Source: Candidatus Zixiibacteriota bacterium (GTDB lineage Bacteria; Zixibacteria; MSB-5A5; GN15; JAAZOE01). From it: DNA of 64,000 bases. A model generated the notes under the pieces. It was not told the DNA's origin. It searched no databases and saw only the letters and a program-made list of their open reading frames with translations. The position numbers and the translations under genes were made by a program. The DNA is taken from positions 5,060 through 69,059 of the forward strand of contig DAOUTW010000007.1 in NCBI GenBank assembly GCA_030668485.1, written 5' to 3'. Below, one piece after another: positions 59,298-64,000 of this stretch. How positions within the stretch are numbered: the first letter of the stretch is position 1; each line of letters starts with the position of its first letter.

Positions 59298-62114
59298 TTA
59301 ATTTGAATCGACACAACCGCATGTCGGCGCCGGACCGCCTTTGAAGATGTAGCTGATCATGAAAACGGCGTCGCCGACATTGAAGGAACAATCGGAATTA
59401 ACATCTCCCTCATTGATGCATGGCGGCTCAGGTCCGCCCACGAATATGTAATTAATGGAAAAGACGGCGTCACCGATATTCATCTCGCCATCATCATTGG
59501 CATCACCCGGCAAATGGCAGCAACCCGCACCGGGAGAATCACCGAAGGCGTAATTGGTGTGAGCGGCAGCGATCAACAGATCGGTCGGATACTCAATACT
59601 GTTGAGCAAATCCTTTTTTCCACCCATTGGTACGGGATCGTCATCGCGGCTCGTACTCACATCGAATGCACTGACCGCCCAGTAAATTCCATCACATCCC
59701 TCGACCTGCCCTTCGACAATACTTAGGTCCAACTCGTCGGTAGTCTGACCGCTTTCCCATTCGCCATCGGCGAAACCATTGGGGTTTATCAGGGTGTAAG
59801 TGGCGAGGTTGACAGCGGTATAGATGGTGTCGTAATTCAAACCACCTACGGCAGGCAGCAGATCGGGCACCGACCAGGTGATATCGGGCGGCCCGTCGTT
59901 GATGTTGTAGGCGTATACATCACTGACTCCATTGGGGTGAATAATCGTCTGCCGCCATCCATCGGCGTCAGGAGTCTGGAAGAACATAAACTCCATGGGT
60001 TGATTGTCGAATTCGGGATGCACCTCCCGGAAGTCAAGTTCACCGGTATGCGATTCACCGAATTCCTCATCACTGCCTACAATTCGGTAAATATAATACC
60101 AGTCGGCATCCATCTGTTCACCGTTTTGATACCAGTTGAAGGTGAGCGCCTGAGACTGATTTATCACATCATAGACCATCATAAGATCTTCATCAACAGT
60201 TGCATTGGCCCCCGGGGCGAGCGCCACACAGCGTCCGGCTCCCGGCCCCACCCGGGGCGAAAACATGATATCATGTGGGCTATCGGCTGCGTTGAAAATG
60301 GTTGTCAGGTTTAGTGCAGAATCATGGTCGACCATTATCGTAGTGGTGAGGTAATAGTCACATGTCTCAACCCAGAAATTAAGCGCCATAGTATATCCGC
60401 CGCAATTGGAGTCATAGGCACAAGTTCCGAATTCCTCAAGCACGAGATATCCGTCGATAATATCCAAGTAGGCCGTGTACTCGCCCGGACATTCGTTTTC
60501 GTCGGCGGTTGTTGAGAATTTTTTCTCTCCTTCCTGCGGCGAAACATACACACTCCCACCGGATTCGACTTCGACAACGGTACCGGCGGGAAGAACCTGC
60601 CCCACTGTCAAAGGCTCTCCATTCGCCGTCGCTGTACCATTTACTTCCTTTACTACAACGGCTTCATCGACGTGATACTTGCCATCTTGGAGAGTGTACT
60701 TGTTTATACAGACCGCACATGTGTCACCGGCGATCCCGTCCTCTCCTTCATCACCGTCTTTACGAGTTCCTTCATCACCGTCTTCACCATAGAGCCCATT
60801 ACTTCCGTCAGCACCGCCAACACCGGGATCTCCGAAGTCGCCGAAGGGGCCAACATATCCGGTGCCGACAGTTCCTTTAGATCCACGACCTCCGCCGGGA
60901 GCACCGTCACCACCGTTACCACCATTACCGGCATTGCCGCCGTATCCGTCGCCTCCATTACCGCTATTCCCGCCGTTACCGCCATCGCCGGTTCCAAAAC
61001 CATTTCCTCCGGTTCCACCTTTGCCGCCGGTACCACCTTTGCCATCTCCTCCGTGACCACCTACATTGCCCCCTCCACCTGGACCATAGGGATCGCAACA
61101 CTTCCCGCCATCGCCACCATCGCCGGCATCACCCCCATGTCCATCGCCACCCTTTCCACCCTTGCCGCCGTTGGCGCCATTGCCATCGGCCGGTCCGGGA
61201 GCGTTATCACCGGGTCCACCCGGTCCTCCCTTACCGCCAATCCCGTCAATGCCTTCACTGCCTGGATATCCATGGTCACAGTCGCCACCATCATCGCCAT
61301 CAACGCCAATAACGCCAAAATCGTTGTCCCCGTCCGTCCCAGGCTCGCCGTCAGTAGTCGACTTGAGGACGATGTCGCCCCCATTTCCTCCGTTTCCCCC
61401 ATCTCCCGGATTGTTTGCAGCGCTGCCTTTACCTCCGGCGCCGCCATGGCCTGCATAAACCTTAGCATCATCTGATGAGGCCAGAATAGATCCGCCCAAA
61501 TATATATTGCCGCCGTTTCCCCCGTCACCGCCCGGTTCGCCCGTTTCTAATGTGGCTGAATTAGCCGGGGCATCATATCCCCGTCCGCCGTCACCGGCAT
61601 AGATGCTATGATTAATTATAATTTTGGGGGCGGAGATGACAAGATTGCCGCCATTCCCGGAGGCGATCCGAACGATCTCATCACCGCTCTGATTGGTTAG
61701 TAATGGCGCTGATATCTGTGCGCCATTTCCAGCTCTGACTTCCCCCCTAATTGTTATCTGTCGCTTGCTTTTCAGAGTTATCGAAGGACCTGTTACCGTT
61801 TCGGTGACCTGCACCCGTGCTGACCCCAGGATTGAGCCGTCGATGACGATTTCATCCTCACATGTGATACTGAGATCGTCAGAAACTCTAATTACCGCCG
61901 TGCCGTCAATGTTAAGGGATTTGAAATGAAATTCACCCTTGATCGGGGCGATGTTTTCCGAATCCCAAACGACATCTCCGAGATATTCCTCCCCCTGGCA
62001 AACGGATGAGTTTGAAATCGCTACACCGAGGCTGAGAGTGATTGTCATGAAAATGAAAATTACCGCGGTTGCGCATTTCTCGAAACTCCTATGTGGATAC
62101 ATTCGACCATTCAT
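59298..62114 (-). CDS. giant secreted Gly/Asp/Asn-rich low-complexity protein with C-terminal dockerin-like module
   Basis: Start at MNGRMYPH, preceded by GGAGGAG. Signal peptide. About 300 aa of GG(D/N/K)GG repeats. The C-terminal double Ca-loop module (GDANDDGEMNIGDAVF.., GDVNSDCSFNVGDAVF..) lies at about 59301-59560. Confidence 0.7.
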   Translation of the reverse strand: MNGRMYPHRSFEKCATAVIFIFMTITLSLGVAISNSSVCQGEEYLGDVVWDSENIAPIKGEFHFKSLNIDGTAVIRVSDDLSITCEDEIVIDGSILGSARVQVTETVTGPSITLKSKRQITIRGEVRAGNGAQISAPLLTNQSGDEIVRIASGNGGNLVISAPKIIINHSIYAGDGGRGYDAPANSATLETGEPGGDGGNGGNIYLGGSILASSDDAKVYAGHGGAGGKGSAANNPGDGGNGGNGGDIVLKSTTDGEPGTDGDNDFGVIGVDGDDGGDCDHGYPGSEGIDGIGGKGGPGGPGDNAPGPADGNGANGGKGGKGGDGHGGDAGDGGDGGKCCDPYGPGGGGNVGGHGGDGKGGTGGKGGTGGNGFGTGDGGNGGNSGNGGDGYGGNAGNGGNGGDGAPGGGRGSKGTVGTGYVGPFGDFGDPGVGGADGSNGLYGEDGDEGTRKDGDEGEDGIAGDTCAVCINKYTLQDGKYHVDEAVVVKEVNGTATANGEPLTVGQVLPAGTVVEVESGGSVYVSPQEGEKKFSTTADENECPGEYTAYLDIIDGYLVLEEFGTCAYDSNCGGYTMALNFWVETCDYYLTTTIMVDHDSALNLTTIFNAADSPHDIMFSPRVGPGAGRCVALAPGANATVDEDLMMVYDVINQSQALTFNWYQNGEQMDADWYYIYRIVGSDEEFGESHTGELDFREVHPEFDNQPMEFMFFQTPDADGWRQTIIHPNGVSDVYAYNINDGPPDITWSVPDLLPAVGGLNYDTIYTAVNLATYTLINPNGFADGEWESGQTTDELDLSIVEGQVEGCDGIYWAVSAFDVSTSRDDDPVPMGGKKDLLNSIEYPTDLLIAAAHTNYAFGDSPGAGCCHLPGDANDDGEMNIGDAVFSINYIFVGGPEPPCINEGDVNSDCSFNVGDAVFMISYIFKGGPAPTCGCVDSN

Positions 62115-62549
62115 AGCTCCTCCTTCCAAATTGTTGCGGCGATTGTCTGCAGAACTGATCCGATATAAGATGCTTTTCAATTACAGTGATGTCGCCAATT
62201 TTGCAAAAATTACCCCTGAGCCAACGACTTAAACAAACTGAATACAATCGCCGAAGATGCGATACTTTTGAGAAATATCAATTTTTATATGCGATGTGGG
62301 ATGCCAGGTGATGCTCTCGTTGCTCAATGATACTACATGCGGCGAACTCTGTCAAGTCGATAGTGTCGGTCGAACCAGCGCCGTGACGGAATGCGAAAGG
62401 TCCGGTTTGCCCTTGACAGATTAAGAAGCAGATGATATATAGTAATTACAGGTCAGGCATCTTATAATTTGCAAATCGGCATCGTATCCAGTGGAAGCGA
62501 ATACCTGCTCTTTGCATGGCAACAAACCGTAAGGAGGTCGGTCGTGCCT

Positions 62550-63131
62550 ATGTCTAAATTTAGGAAAATATCTGTATTTGTCGTCGCCGTTATCGTCACC
62601 ATCGGGGTGGCCTATGTCCTGGGCGTGGCGGCAGCAGGCATAGTACAGAAAGTGCGCACCAATAGGGCCAGAGCCAAACAAACCGAGGATATCCTGAAGA
62701 AAATGGGCAGCGGCCTCGCGGTAGGAGTCACATTACCGGATGCCGATCTGGAAGACCTGAGCGGCAATCCGGTCAAACTAAGCGATCTGGTCGGACCCAA
62801 ATCACTGGTGGCCATCTTTTCTCCCAGTTGCAGCTACTCCCTGGCCGAATTACAAATGATAAAAGAGGCCTCTGCCGATGCCGGCGAGGAAGCCAATTTT
62901 ATCATGATCTCGGATACCGATCCGACCGAATTGATGTATGTGCAGGATTCGCTGCAACTCCAGTGTCACCTCCTGTATGACCGGGACGGTAAATACCGAT
63001 CAAAACTGAACGTGTTTTCTTACCCGTTCAATTTCATCGTTGATCAATCGCTGGTGATTAAAGAAATTATCGTCGGGATGACCGACCAGGGGAAACTGGA
63101 AGAAATTATAAAAGAAAATCGGCAATCATAG
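62550..63131 (+). CDS. membrane-anchored thioredoxin-like (TlpA/redoxin family) protein
   Basis: AAGGAGG RBS. TM anchor. Thioredoxin fold with a single-Cys SPSCSYS motif. Confidence 0.65.
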   Translation: MSKFRKISVFVVAVIVTIGVAYVLGVAAAGIVQKVRTNRARAKQTEDILKKMGSGLAVGVTLPDADLEDLSGNPVKLSDLVGPKSLVAIFSPSCSYSLAELQMIKEASADAGEEANFIMISDTDPTELMYVQDSLQLQCHLLYDRDGKYRSKLNVFSYPFNFIVDQSLVIKEIIVGMTDQGKLEEIIKENRQS

Positions 63132-63214
63132 ATTGCCGATTCTGAAATTTGCCCGAAGCTGTACAACACCGGCGGGAAGTTACTCTATGTTATAAACCGT
63201 CGGTTATGGCATAA

Positions 63215-64000
<786 letters not shown>

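Noticed and set aside
60672-61528. Pro/Thr/Ala-rich + strand ORFs (60672-61475, 60862-61056, 61162-61458) and a minus-strand ORF at 61061-61528
   Set aside because: These are frame shadows of the GGN-rich codons of the giant Gly-rich gene. Their low-complexity Pro/Ala content is the complement of Gly codons.
59298-62114. Collagen-like triple-helix protein
   Set aside because: The glycine repeats are GGxGG/GGxGxD-like, not strict Gly-X-Y triplets.

Overview
This is a 64-kb chromosomal window at about 52% GC from an uncultivated, probably anaerobic, Gram-negative bacterium. The gene content (DUF5916/CBM9 outer-membrane protein, many lipoproteins, rubrerythrin, multihaem cytochrome) hints at the FCB group, but that is inference only. 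Coding density is high. About 50 CDS are supported, plus two tandem tRNA-Lys genes and several clear Rho-independent terminators. There are no rRNA genes, CRISPR arrays, transposases or integrases.

Most of the window is housekeeping. Recognisable genes include kup, hflX, pfkA, an alpha-glucan phosphorylase, lepA, rmlACBD, flotillin with NfeD, RqcH and the 3' end of gyrB.

Three things stand out:

- **Dockerin-like module.** Eight secreted proteins end in a cysteine-rich dockerin-like double Ca-loop module. Five of them form a tandem paralog array directly downstream of the tRNA-Lys pair.
- **AT-rich orphan gene.** An AT-rich gene (about 30-35% GC) lies between hflX and pfkA. It encodes a 423-aa protein with a PD-(D/E)xK nuclease core (D...ELK plus QxxxY). 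It sits next to a duplicated 46-bp hairpin element. This looks like a horizontally acquired single-gene candidate defence locus.
- **Giant Gly/Asp/Asn-rich protein.** A 938-aa secreted protein carries about 300 aa of low-complexity Gly/Asp/Asn repeats.

None of this can be confirmed without database searches or structure prediction.
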